DNA of 64,000 nt, from positions 5,842 through 69,841 of the forward strand of contig JAWKQJ010000008.1 of NCBI GenBank assembly GCA_041390205.1. The letters run 5' to 3'. A program made the position numbers and the translations under genes. Positions within the stretch are counted from its first letter, which is position 1, and each line of letters starts with the position of its first letter. Shown one piece after another: positions 29,932-43,474 of this stretch. Below the pieces are notes generated by a model. That model made no database searches, had not been told where the DNA came from, and was given only the letters and a program-made list of their open reading frames with translations. The DNA comes from Gemmatimonadales bacterium (GTDB lineage Bacteria > Gemmatimonadota > Gemmatimonadetes > Gemmatimonadales > GWC2-71-9).

Positions 29932-31161
29932 ATGCCGCGCCGCTCTCTGCTCTTCGCCGCCGGACTCGCGCTCGCCCTCGGCGGGTGCTCCGCGGACGAT
30001 CATCCCCTCACCGCCCCCGCGGAGGAAGGACGCACCCCTCCGCCGGAGCAACCGGCGGCCGCCGTCAGCCAGGCGCGCAACGAGCGGTTGGCGGAGTGGC
30101 TCGCGCTGGCCTTGCGCGACCCCGCCTTCCGCCGCACGCTCAAGCTCTCGCTCGACCGGTCGCCGTATCGCGAGCACAAGCTCCACCTGCAAGGCCTGCT
30201 CGCGGCCGACGAAGGCGCCGAGCGCGCTCGGATGGCCGCGCTGGCGGGCGCCGACGAGTCGATCCTCACCCGCGACCTCGCCGAGGCCTCGGCTCTGGAG
30301 CTCTACTTCCCGGTGCCCGCGCATCGCGAGCGGTGGTCGGGAGACGAGCAGCTGCTGGTCGCGACCGCCCTTCGCGACGGCGACGCACCGGTGGCCTTCG
30401 ATCTGCGCGGTGGCCGCCACCTGCTCAACCCCGAGGGGCCGCCGGCCACCCCGGTGCTGATGGTCGAGCCGGCCGAGCTCGACTTCGCGAGCCCGGCGAG
30501 TCGGATCATCTGCCTCGACGAGTGCGACACCAATCCCGGCGGCGGGTCGAGCACCGGGGGCAGCGGACCCTCCGGCCTCTATATGACCCGCACCGCGTTC
30601 ACCGGCACCTTCGAGAGCTGGTTCAAGGGCAGCCCCGAGTTCGAGGTCCACATGCTGGGCCAGGAGGGCACCAGCCAGCGGATGATCTCCTATCAGTGCG
30701 CGGGCGAGCATGCCGGCGGCGCGTACGCCTTCGACCAGAACTCGACCACCTGGATCGGCAACGTGCTGCTGTTCAGCGACGCGCAGCTCGCCGCCTACAA
30801 GCAGCAGCATCCCAACGTGAACCTCCGGATCATGGTGCTCGAGGACGACGACGGGGCGTGTCAGATCCGCACGGACTCGACCCGGGTGACCAACCTCTTC
30901 AAGGCGGTCGACGCCGCCTACAGCTCCTACACGGCCGGCACCGACACCCAGCTCACCTCGCTGCAGCGCGCCTGGAAGCGCGCCTCGGGACTGATCAAGG
31001 TGATCTCGGCCGCGACGAGCTGGATCCTCACGCCCGACGATCCGGTCGGCAACGCGGTCGAGGACCCGACGGCGGCGGGTGGCTTCTTCGTCGGCGGCAA
31101 CTGGATCGTGCGAGGGGAAAACAACGTCGCGAACGGCGCGCTCAGACTCGAGATGCGCTGA
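29932..31161 (+). CDS. Hypothetical lipoprotein
   Basis: 409 aa with the lipobox LALGGC and non-repetitive composition. No family recognised. Confidence 0.6.
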   Translation: MPRRSLLFAAGLALALGGCSADDHPLTAPAEEGRTPPPEQPAAAVSQARNERLAEWLALALRDPAFRRTLKLSLDRSPYREHKLHLQGLLAADEGAERARMAALAGADESILTRDLAEASALELYFPVPAHRERWSGDEQLLVATALRDGDAPVAFDLRGGRHLLNPEGPPATPVLMVEPAELDFASPASRIICLDECDTNPGGGSSTGGSGPSGLYMTRTAFTGTFESWFKGSPEFEVHMLGQEGTSQRMISYQCAGEHAGGAYAFDQNSTTWIGNVLLFSDAQLAAYKQQHPNVNLRIMVLEDDDGACQIRTDSTRVTNLFKAVDAAYSSYTAGTDTQLTSLQRAWKRASGLIKVISAATSWILTPDDPVGNAVEDPTAAGGFFVGGNWIVRGENNVANGALRLEMR

Positions 31162-32348
31162 CGGGCGCCCAGGTCGGATCCGCGGCCCGGCGCCGCGGCG
31201 CGAGGTCGGCCGCCCGAGCCCCACTCGGGCGGCCGATCGTCGTCGGTGGACGCGAGGGGTCGACAGGACGGGATCGGCGGCACCTGTGCTGGTCGTTCCG
31301 GTCCCGCCACCGGCCAGCCGGATGGCGGCTCGCTATGACGAGCTTTCGTGCTCCCCTGTGCCGGCGGTCCTTCCGGCCGTGCGGCTCTCCATCGGGGGCG
31401 CCGGGCGCGCCGCGGCCACCCCGCGCGAGGAGCCACCAGGCAGCCGGCAGCGCAGAGCATCACGACGATGGTGCGAACGTCGGTGCCGGCCCAGGGATTG
31501 ACCGTCGCGCCCAACGCCTTGCTCCAGAGATTGGAGCCGCCGTGAATCAGCACACCGGGAAGGGCGCTCCCGCCGGTCGCCAGGAAGCCCCAGGTCGACA
31601 GCAGGGAGAGCGCGATGCAGAGAGCCAGGAACCAGAGCTGCCCGATGACGAACCCGGCGCTCAGCCCGCCGGCGAGCAGCGTGGGCAGGTCACGCGGCAG
31701 ATGCCAGGCCCACCAACCGAGCCCGAGCGTGAGGCTCGCCCCGACCGGCGAGCTCAGGATCTCGAGCAACCGCGGGAGGGCGAATCCCCGCCAGCCAAGC
31801 TCCTCGAGCGTGCCGCCCTCGTCGATCAGATGACCGAGCGCGAGCGCCACCGCGATCCCGAGCGGTGCGCCCCCGAGCGCCTCGCGGCTGCCAGCGACCG
31901 CCGCGTCCGCGCCGACCCGGGCGCCCCACCAGAGATACCAAGCGATCACGGCCGCCGAGCCGCCGAGGATGATCAGATACGGCCGTCCCACACCGCCCCG
32001 AGGTTGCGCCGGCCCGGTCGGCGCGAGGCGCCGAAGCAGCAAGCGCACCCCGGCGAAGCCGCCGCGCCCGCCGCTGACCGCGATCGCGGCGAGCGACGGC
32101 GCCGCCGCGAAGACCAGGATCAGCCAGGCGGCCGGCTCTTCGAGCGCATAGCGCCCGATGCTGACCAGGTTGAGAGGGGCGGACTCATGAGCCAGAAAAG
32201 CGATCAGCCCGCCCTGCACGTCGGGCAGCCCGAGCCCGAGCGCGGCCGCCATGATGGCGGCCGGGATGGCGAGCGCGACGAGATAAAAAGCGAAAAGCTC
32301 GCGAGCCGGCTTGCGGCTCACGCCCGGGCTGGCGCCCGGGCCCCGCAC
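30927..32348 (-). CDS. CPBP family intramembrane glutamic endopeptidase (3-prime end doubtful)
   Basis: EELGWRGFALPRL (the EExxxR motif) and LIHGGSN. Only the first roughly 300 aa look real. The last roughly 170 aa are Arg/Pro-rich, read through the 31206-31236 hairpin and overlap the convergent lipoprotein gene by 235 nt. An alternative frame stops at 31333. Confidence 0.6.
   Translation of the reverse strand: MRGPGASPGVSRKPARELFAFYLVALAIPAAIMAAALGLGLPDVQGGLIAFLAHESAPLNLVSIGRYALEEPAAWLILVFAAAPSLAAIAVSGGRGGFAGVRLLLRRLAPTGPAQPRGGVGRPYLIILGGSAAVIAWYLWWGARVGADAAVAGSREALGGAPLGIAVALALGHLIDEGGTLEELGWRGFALPRLLEILSSPVGASLTLGLGWWAWHLPRDLPTLLAGGLSAGFVIGQLWFLALCIALSLLSTWGFLATGGSALPGVLIHGGSNLWSKALGATVNPWAGTDVRTIVVMLCAAGCLVAPRAGWPRRARRPRWRAARPEGPPAQGSTKARHSEPPSGWPVAGPERPAQVPPIPSCRPLASTDDDRPPEWGSGGRPRAAAPGRGSDLGARQRISSLSAPFATLFSPRTIQLPPTKKPPAAVGSSTALPTGSSGVRIQLVAAEITLISPEARFQARCSEVSWVSVPAV
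31206..31236. terminator. Strong perfect hairpin (13-bp stem, 5-nt loop)
   Basis: TCGGCCGCCCGAG-CCCCA-CTCGGGCGGCCGA, 45 nt after the lipoprotein stop. Confidence 0.5.
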
Positions 32349-32839
32349 TCGGGGCAGAAGTTGCCCGTCGTCGGCAAAGCGGTGCCACAGTCACCACAAT
32401 AGCTCGCACCCGCGACCCGACGCCCGCAATCCGAGCAGAACACCGCGTCCGCCTCGGGTCGGGGCCCGCACTGCGAGCACACCACTCCCTCGGTCCCGCC
32501 GGCGATGGCGGCGGTCCGGGCGGCGACGAGTCGCTCGGCTTCGTCCAGGGTGGGGTCCTCACCCGCCTCGCGGAGGGCCTCGACCGCCTCGTCGACGAAG
32601 CGCTGCCGCATCAGGGCGTAGTCTTCGTCGGAGACCTTTCCCGTGGCGCGATCGAACTCGAGCTCCTTGATCGCGAGCAGGGCCTGTCCACGGCGGGTCT
32701 CCTCGACCGGGACGATGTCGTCGGCGCCAGCCGGCGCGGGCGCCGCCGTCCGCTCCCCCGGCGCACGGACCAGCGGTCCCACCACCATCCAGAGCACGAG
32801 GGCGCCGAGCAGGGCGGCGGCCAGCAGCTCGAGCGTCAC
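32318..32839 (-). CDS. Membrane-anchored double zinc-ribbon protein, ccm-associated (possible CcmI-like)
   Basis: 173 aa. N-terminal TM helix, then LLAIKELEFDRATGKVSDEDYALMRQRF, resembling CcmI N-terminal regions. The C-terminus has CSQCG..CSDCG..CGDCG..CPECG. 4-nt overlap with ccmH. Confidence 0.5.
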   Translation of the reverse strand: MTLELLAAALLGALVLWMVVGPLVRAPGERTAAPAPAGADDIVPVEETRRGQALLAIKELEFDRATGKVSDEDYALMRQRFVDEAVEALREAGEDPTLDEAERLVAARTAAIAGGTEGVVCSQCGPRPEADAVFCSDCGRRVAGASYCGDCGTALPTTGNFCPECGARAPARA

Positions 32840-33423
32840 GACTCGAGCTCGCGCAGGGCGCGCTCGACCTGGGCCATCTCCTGGTCGGTCACGCGGGCCG
32901 CGTCGGAGCGCTCGACCGGGCCGGCGGCGGGCGCCGGTGCCGGCTCGGGGCGGTCGCGGCGCAGCAGAACCCAGGCGAGGATCGACCCCGCGACCAGGAC
33001 CAGCGAGCCGGGCAACAGGTAGCCCACGGCGCCGAAGCCCTTCGCCTTCGGCGCCATCAGGATGCTCTCTCCGTACTTGGCGACGAAGGCTTCGATCGCC
33101 TGATCGGGGGTGTTGCCGGCCTCGAGAAGCTGCACCAGCTCCCGATGGAGCTCGGGCGAGTAGGTGCAGGTGAAGTCGGTGGTGCGGCAGGTGAAGACGT
33201 CGAGCCCGCAGCCGCAGGTGCAGCGGAGCTTGTACTCGATCGCACGGACGGTCTCGTCGTTGTCCATGGCCCGGACTTCGGGCCGGGCTCCACCCGCCCA
33301 GCTCGGCGCCATCAACGGATCGGCCGGCCCCCGGGCCGAGTCCTGCTGGACCCGGAGTCCCGGCAGCAGCAGCCCCGCGGCGCCGAGTCGGCCCGCACCC
33401 CGCAAGAAATCGCGACGCTTCAA
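32836..33423 (-). CDS. ccmH: Cytochrome c-type biogenesis protein CcmH/NrfF family (CxCGC variant)
   Basis: 195 aa with KLRCTCGCGLDVFTC..C, FVAKYGESILMAPKAKGFG and a C-terminal TM helix. The N-terminus RRDFLRGAG looks like a twin-arginine signal. Confidence 0.7.
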   Translation of the reverse strand: MKRRDFLRGAGRLGAAGLLLPGLRVQQDSARGPADPLMAPSWAGGARPEVRAMDNDETVRAIEYKLRCTCGCGLDVFTCRTTDFTCTYSPELHRELVQLLEAGNTPDQAIEAFVAKYGESILMAPKAKGFGAVGYLLPGSLVLVAGSILAWVLLRRDRPEPAPAPAAGPVERSDAARVTDQEMAQVERALRELES

Positions 33424-33481
33424 CCCGCTATCCTCCCGGGCGCGCCGGCGAGCGCCGGCGGCCCCTGCCTAACGTCGTGCC

Positions 33482-35515
<2,034 letters not shown>

Positions 35516-35568
35516 TTCAGAGATCCGACGATGACGCTACGGGGTGCGGGCCCCGGCGCGGGGCCCGC

Positions 35569-35997
35569 TCAGGTCGACTTCTTGTGCAGATCCTCCAGCT
35601 CGGCCTCGTACCGCGAGCCGCACTTCGCCAACACCTCGGTCGCGTGGAAGACCCCGTCGCGACCCAGCTTGCCGGACATGATCACTTCGATGTCGTTGGC
35701 GTCGGTGAAGGTGTCGGGCACGATCCCGGTGTACTCGACCGGAAAGCTCGCGGTGCTGTCGCTCACCCGGAAGGCGATCCGCTGGCTGCTCGGGTCGCGC
35801 TGGATGGTGCCGGGCACCACCTTGGCGCCGACCTTGAGGCCCACGTCGTGGAACGAGGGATCCTGGCTGGTCCTCGCGACCAGCTCGCTCGGGCTCAGGA
35901 AGTAGACACCGGTCTGCTTCACGCCTTGGTACATCAGTCCGACGATGGCGAGGACGATGACGGTGGAGCCGAGCGCGAATTTACTGGAAGCCTTCAT
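35569..35997 (-). CDS. ccmE: Cytochrome c maturation heme chaperone CcmE, Cys-variant (CxxxY)
   Basis: 142 aa: N-terminal TM anchor, OB-fold body, and C-terminal VLAKCGSRYEA where canonical CcmE has VLAKHDENY. Confidence 0.85.
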   Translation of the reverse strand: MKASSKFALGSTVIVLAIVGLMYQGVKQTGVYFLSPSELVARTSQDPSFHDVGLKVGAKVVPGTIQRDPSSQRIAFRVSDSTASFPVEYTGIVPDTFTDANDIEVIMSGKLGRDGVFHATEVLAKCGSRYEAELEDLHKKST

Positions 35998-36041
35998 AAA
36001 TCAGACACCGGTCGGAGGCTGACGCATAATACCAAGGCGTC

Positions 36042-37521
36042 TCAGTGACCGCGAGCCCAGTGGAGGGTGGCGCCGACGGCCCGCCGCCACCCCGCCAGCC
36101 ACCCATCCCGCGTGGGCCCCGGCACTTGCGGATCGAATGAGGAGAACCGGCGGCCGGCCACGAATTGGTCCAGCGATTTCCATACCCCCACGGCGAGCCC
36201 CGCCAGGGCCGCGGCGCCAAGCGCAGTTGTCTCGAAACAATCCGGTCGCTCGACCGGCACGCCGAGGAGGTCGGCCTGGAATTGCATCAGCCAGTCGTTG
36301 GCCGTGGCGCCGCCGTCGACCCGGAGCCGGCTGAGCTCGAGCCCCCCGCCCCTCAACATCCCGTCGATCAGGTCGTGGCTCGAGAAAGCCATCGACTCCA
36401 GCGCCGCGCGGGCGAGGTGGGCCCGGGTGGTGCCCCGGGTCAGACCGACGATCGTGCCGCGGGCGTTAGGCTCCCAGTGCGGCGACCCCAGCCCCACGAA
36501 CGCGGGCACGAAGTAGACCCCGCCGGTATCCGCCACCGAGCGCGCCAGGGCCTCCGACTCCTGCGCCCGTTCCAGCAGCCCGAGCCCGTCGCGCAGCCAT
36601 TGGATCACCGCGCCGGCGATGAAGACGCTGCCCTCGAACGCGTAGCCCAGCCCGCCGGTCGGGTCGCAAGCCGCGGTCGCCAGCAGGCCGGGACCCGGCG
36701 TCGGCGGCTCCGCCCCCGTATAGAGGAGGAGAAAGGCTCCGGTGCCGTAGGTGTTCTTGGCCAGTCCGGGCGTGGCGCACCCCTGCCCGAAGAGCGCCGC
36801 CTGCTGGTCGCCGGCCACACCGGCGATCGGGATCGACGCGCCAAACCAGGACGGGTCGGTCTCCGCCATGACGCCGCTCGAGGGCGCCACGGTGGCGAGC
36901 AGCTCCGCCGGAACCCCGAACAGCTCGAGCAGCTCGGGATCCCAATCGCGACGCCGGAGCGAGTACAGCAGCGTCCGGCTGGCGTTGGTCGGATCGGTCC
37001 TGAGCGGCGCGCCCCGCCCGAGCCGGGCGATCAGCCAGGTGTCGACCGTGCCCGCGGCGAGCTCGCCCCGCTCGGCCCGGGCGCGGATCCCCGGATCGCG
37101 GAGCATCCACTCCAGCTTGGTGGCGGAGAAATAGGGGTCGAGGACCAGGCCGGTCCGCTCCCGGACCATCGCCTCGACCCCGTCCCGCTTGAGCTCGGCG
37201 CAGCGGGCGCTGGTTCTCCGATCCTGCCAGACGATCGCCGGGCCGACCGGCGCCAGGGAGGCCCGCTCCCAGATCATCACCGTCTCGCGCTGGTTGGTGA
37301 TCCCGATCGCGGCGGGCCGCTCGCCGCACTGGGCCAGGGCGTCCCGGGCCGCGGTGACGGTCGACTCGAGCAGGTCCCGCGGGTCGTGCTCCACCCAGCC
37401 GGGCTCGGGAAAGTGCTGAGGGAACTCGCGCTGCCCCGAGGCGAGGACGGTCCCGTCCTGCGTGGATCACCAGGGCCCGGGAGCTGGTGGTGCCCTGGTC
37501 GAGGGCCAGTATCGAAGGCAT
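36042..37521 (-). pseudogene. glpK: Glycerol kinase, one frameshift near 37458-37462
   Basis: MPSILALDQGTTSSRALVIHA is in one frame. DGTVLASGQREFPQHFPEPGWVEHDPRDLL.. and the following 450 aa (NTYGTGAF, VDGGATAND) are in another. The frames meet at GCA-G-GAC. Confidence 0.9.
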
Positions 37522-37581
37522 GGGCTATCATAGCCCGTCCCGCCCGGTCCCGAAACGACCGGGGCGACGGTAATTTCCGAC

Positions 37582-38361
37582 ATGGCCTACTCCACCCTGC
37601 TCTTCGACGTTCGGGACGGCATCGCCTTCATCACCGTCAACCGCCCCGACAAGCTCAACGCCCTGAACGCCACCGTGATCGGCGAGCTGGGCACCGCGGT
37701 CGACGCGGTTCGCTCGACCACCGAGATCCGCGCCGCCATCCTGACGGGCGCGGGCCCCAAGGCGTTCATCGCGGGGGCCGACATCGCCGAGTTCGACTCG
37801 ATGCGGGGCGCCGGGCGGAAGATGTCCGCCCGCGGCTCCGGCATCTTCCGAAGCATCGAGCGGAGCCAGAAGCCCTACCTGGCCGCGGTAAACGGCTTCG
37901 CCCTCGGCGGCGGCTGCGAGCTGGCGATGGCCTGCCACATCCGGCTCGCGAGCGCCAACGCCAAGTTCGGGCAGCCCGAGGTCAAGCTCGGCATCCCGCC
38001 GGGGTACGGCGGCACCGTCCGGCTGCCGCGGCTGGTGGGCCGGGGCCGCGCGATCGAGCTCCTGACCACGGGCGCGATGATCGACGCGGAAGAGGCCTAT
38101 CGGATCGGGCTGGTCAATCGGGTCCACCCGGCGGAGACCCTGCTCGCCGAGGCCGAGAAGCTCGCCCGGGCGATCGTGGCCAACTCGCCGCTCGCCGTCG
38201 CCGCGTGCCTCGAGATCGCGACGGTGCAGGACGGGATGCAGCTCGACGACGCGCTGGCGTTCGAGTCGGCCGTCTTCGGCGGTCTCTTCGACACCGAGGA
38301 CGCCAAGGAGGGCGCGGCCGCGTTCGTGGCCAAGCGGCCTCCGGAGTGGAAGGGCCGCTAG
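37582..38361 (+). CDS. Enoyl-CoA hydratase/isomerase (crotonase) family protein
   Basis: 259 aa with ITVNRPDKLNAL and AAVNGFALGGGCELAMACHIRLAS. Confidence 0.85.
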   Translation: MAYSTLLFDVRDGIAFITVNRPDKLNALNATVIGELGTAVDAVRSTTEIRAAILTGAGPKAFIAGADIAEFDSMRGAGRKMSARGSGIFRSIERSQKPYLAAVNGFALGGGCELAMACHIRLASANAKFGQPEVKLGIPPGYGGTVRLPRLVGRGRAIELLTTGAMIDAEEAYRIGLVNRVHPAETLLAEAEKLARAIVANSPLAVAACLEIATVQDGMQLDDALAFESAVFGGLFDTEDAKEGAAAFVAKRPPEWKGR

Positions 38362-38389
38362 GGCGCGAGCAGCGCTCGTCGGGCCCCCG

Positions 38390-39489
38390 ATGCACGTCGT
38401 CCACGTCTCCGCGTCCGGGTTTCGGAACCTCGCCCCGCTCGACCTCGAGCTGCCCGAGGCGGGGGCGGTGTTCCTGGGCCCGAACGGCCACGGCAAGACC
38501 AACCTGCTCGAGCTGCTCTACTACCCGGTCCTCTTCCGGAGCGTCCGGGGCGCCCGGGACCTCGGCCTGATCGGCTTCGAGACCCCCGCCTTTCACCTGG
38601 CCCTGACCCTGATCGACGCCGAGCGGGCCACCCGACGGATCGAGTGCGGCTTCGCCCGCGAGGGGAGACGCAAGCGGGTCGCGGTCGACGGCGCCGAGCA
38701 GCCCCGGCTGCTCGACGCGCTCGGCGGCTGGCTCGCCGTGGCGTTCCTGCCGACCGACGTGTCCCTGGTGATGGGTGGCGCCGCCGAGCGCCGCCACTTC
38801 CTCGATCGGGTGCTGGCGCTCACCAGCCGCGAGTACCTGATCGCGCTCCGGCGCTATCGATCGGCCCTCGAGCAGCGCAACGCGGCGCTCCGCCAGCAGC
38901 AGTCCGACGCCGCCCGGGCCTTCGAGGGGCCGCTCGCGGAATGCGGCGCGGTCGTGTTGCGGCACCGGCTGGATTGGGTGAGCGCGCTCCAGGGTCGGCT
39001 GGCCGAGCTCTGCGCGGAGCTGGGCGAGCCGCTGCCGGTGGAGCTGGAGTACCGCGGCCGCGGCGAGGAGCTCCAGGACGCCGAGGCGTGGGCCGCGCAG
39101 CTCCACGATGCAAGGGCCCGGGACCTGGCGCGCGGCGTCACCACGGTCGGCCCCCACCGGGACGACCTCCTGCTCCGCCTCGGCCGCGCGGCGCTCCGCG
39201 ACGTCGGCTCGACCGGGCAGCACCGGACCGTGGCGATCGCGCTCAAGCTGGCCGAGCGGGAGACCTTCGCCCGGGCCACCTCGAGCGAGCCGGCGCTGCT
39301 GCTCGACGACGTCTTCGCCGAGCTCGATCGGAGCCGCCAGGACGCCCTCGCGGCGATCCTCTCGGCGGGACCGGCGCGACAGGTGTTCGTCACCGCGCCG
39401 CGCAAGGACGAGCTGCCGCCGTCGCTCGACCTGCCGGTCTTCGGAATCCGCGAGGGCCGGGTGAGCGGCTCGACCGGCGGGCGGTCGGG

Positions 39490-39493
<4 letters not shown>
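38390..39493 (+). CDS. recF: DNA replication/repair protein RecF
   Basis: 367 aa with FRNLAPLDLELPEAGAVFLGPNGHGKTNLLE (Walker A) and LLLDDVFAELD. Confidence 0.9.
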
Positions 39494-42049
<2,556 letters not shown>

Positions 42050-42051
<2 letters not shown>

Positions 42052-42069
42052 GCCGCCGCCCGGCGGCTC
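42050..42069. terminator. Short GC hairpin spanning both convergent stop codons
   Basis: GAGCCGCCG-CC-CGGCGGCTC, between the gyrB stop and the MATE stop. Confidence 0.3.
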
Positions 42070-43441
42070 AGCGGAAGGCGCGGGTCACGGAGCGATACTG
42101 CGCGAGCAGGGTTCCGGCCCGCGTCACGTAGTATCCCACGAAGGCGAGCCACATCCCGTGCGCCCCGAGCAGCGGGGTGAGCGCACGATCCAACCCCACG
42201 TAGAGCACCACCGCCCAGAGCGAGGCGTTCCGCATCGCCCCGGCCGCCATCGCGCCGACGAAGATCCCGTCGAGCTGCCAGGCGGCGGCCCCGATGAACG
42301 GGATCGCGGCCGCGTAGGGGAGGAAGCGAAGCGCCGCGGACCGCGCTTCGGGGTCGGCGATCCAGCGTTCCAGCACCCACGGGCCGGCGATCAGGGTCGA
42401 CACCAGGAAGACCGCGCCACTCACGATGGCGAGCTCCGTCGTGACCCGCACCGCGCGCGAGAACGCCTCGCGCGAGCGGGCACCGATGGCCTGCCCGACC
42501 GCGGTCTCCGCCGTATAGGCGTAGGCGTCGAGCACGAAGGCCCACACCGTGACGATCTGGAGCAGCACGTGGTTGCCGGCGAGCGTCGCCGCGCCCTGCT
42601 TGGCTCCCGCGTTCGCGAACCAGGCGAAGCCGGCCAGCAGGGCCCAGCTCCGGATCATCATGTCGGTGTTCATGCTCATCAGCCGGCGGAGCGCCCGTCG
42701 CGACCAGAGCGTGGCCCGCTCGAACACCCCCGGCAGCCAGCCGCCACGCGCCGTGAGGCTCTGCATGGCGTAGCCGAGGCCGACCACCGCGGCCAGGGTG
42801 TCGGCGATCGCCGTGGCCCAGGCCACGCCCGCAACACCCCAGCCCAGGCCGAGCACGAACCAGAGGTCCAGGAGGATGTTGGTCAGGCTGAACACGATCT
42901 GCACCACCAACACCGGGCCGGTCCGCCCGAGGCCGATCAGCCACCCGGTGAGCGCGAAGGTGGCGTAGGCCCCCGGCGCGCCCCAGGAGCGACCGCGGAA
43001 GTAGACGCCGCCGATCTCCTCGACCACCGGCCCGCCCTGCAGCACCTGAAAGCCCAGCGCCGCGAAGGGACTCCGGAGAAGGAGACTGAGCGCGCCGAGC
43101 AGCAGCGAGAGGCCCACGGCGCGCACCAGGATGCGCTGCAGCTCCAGCCGATCACCGGCGCCTTCCGCCTGGGCCGCGAGGCCCGTGGAGCTCATCCGGA
43201 GGAAGTAGAAGCTCCAGTAGAGCACGTTGAAGAGGGTGCCGCCGAGCGCCACGCCGCCGAGGTCGGTCTTGTCGCCGACCGCGCCGATCACGGCCGTGTC
43301 GACCACGCTCGCGAGCGGCACGGCCGCGTTCGCGAGAAACATCGGCCACGCGAGCTGAAAAGCGCGCGCGCGAGTCAGGGTCGGGTGGGAGGCGGGGCTG
43401 GACAAGCCGGAAAGAATGGACGCGGCCGCCGCGACCGACAA
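42068..43441 (-). CDS. MATE family efflux transporter
   Basis: 457 aa with 12 TM segments. The N-terminal pattern is LAWPMFLANAAVPLASVVDTAVIG. Confidence 0.85.
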   Translation of the reverse strand: MSVAAAASILSGLSSPASHPTLTRARAFQLAWPMFLANAAVPLASVVDTAVIGAVGDKTDLGGVALGGTLFNVLYWSFYFLRMSSTGLAAQAEGAGDRLELQRILVRAVGLSLLLGALSLLLRSPFAALGFQVLQGGPVVEEIGGVYFRGRSWGAPGAYATFALTGWLIGLGRTGPVLVVQIVFSLTNILLDLWFVLGLGWGVAGVAWATAIADTLAAVVGLGYAMQSLTARGGWLPGVFERATLWSRRALRRLMSMNTDMMIRSWALLAGFAWFANAGAKQGAATLAGNHVLLQIVTVWAFVLDAYAYTAETAVGQAIGARSREAFSRAVRVTTELAIVSGAVFLVSTLIAGPWVLERWIADPEARSAALRFLPYAAAIPFIGAAAWQLDGIFVGAMAAGAMRNASLWAVVLYVGLDRALTPLLGAHGMWLAFVGYYVTRAGTLLAQYRSVTRAFR

Positions 43442-43474
43442 GGCCGCGAAGACCGCGTCTCCGAGGAGGCTGCG

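Noticed and set aside
37400-38400. DnaA boxes or oriC near recF and gyrB.
   Set aside because: Only isolated partial matches such as GTGGATCAC inside glpK. There is no cluster and no AT-rich unwinding element.
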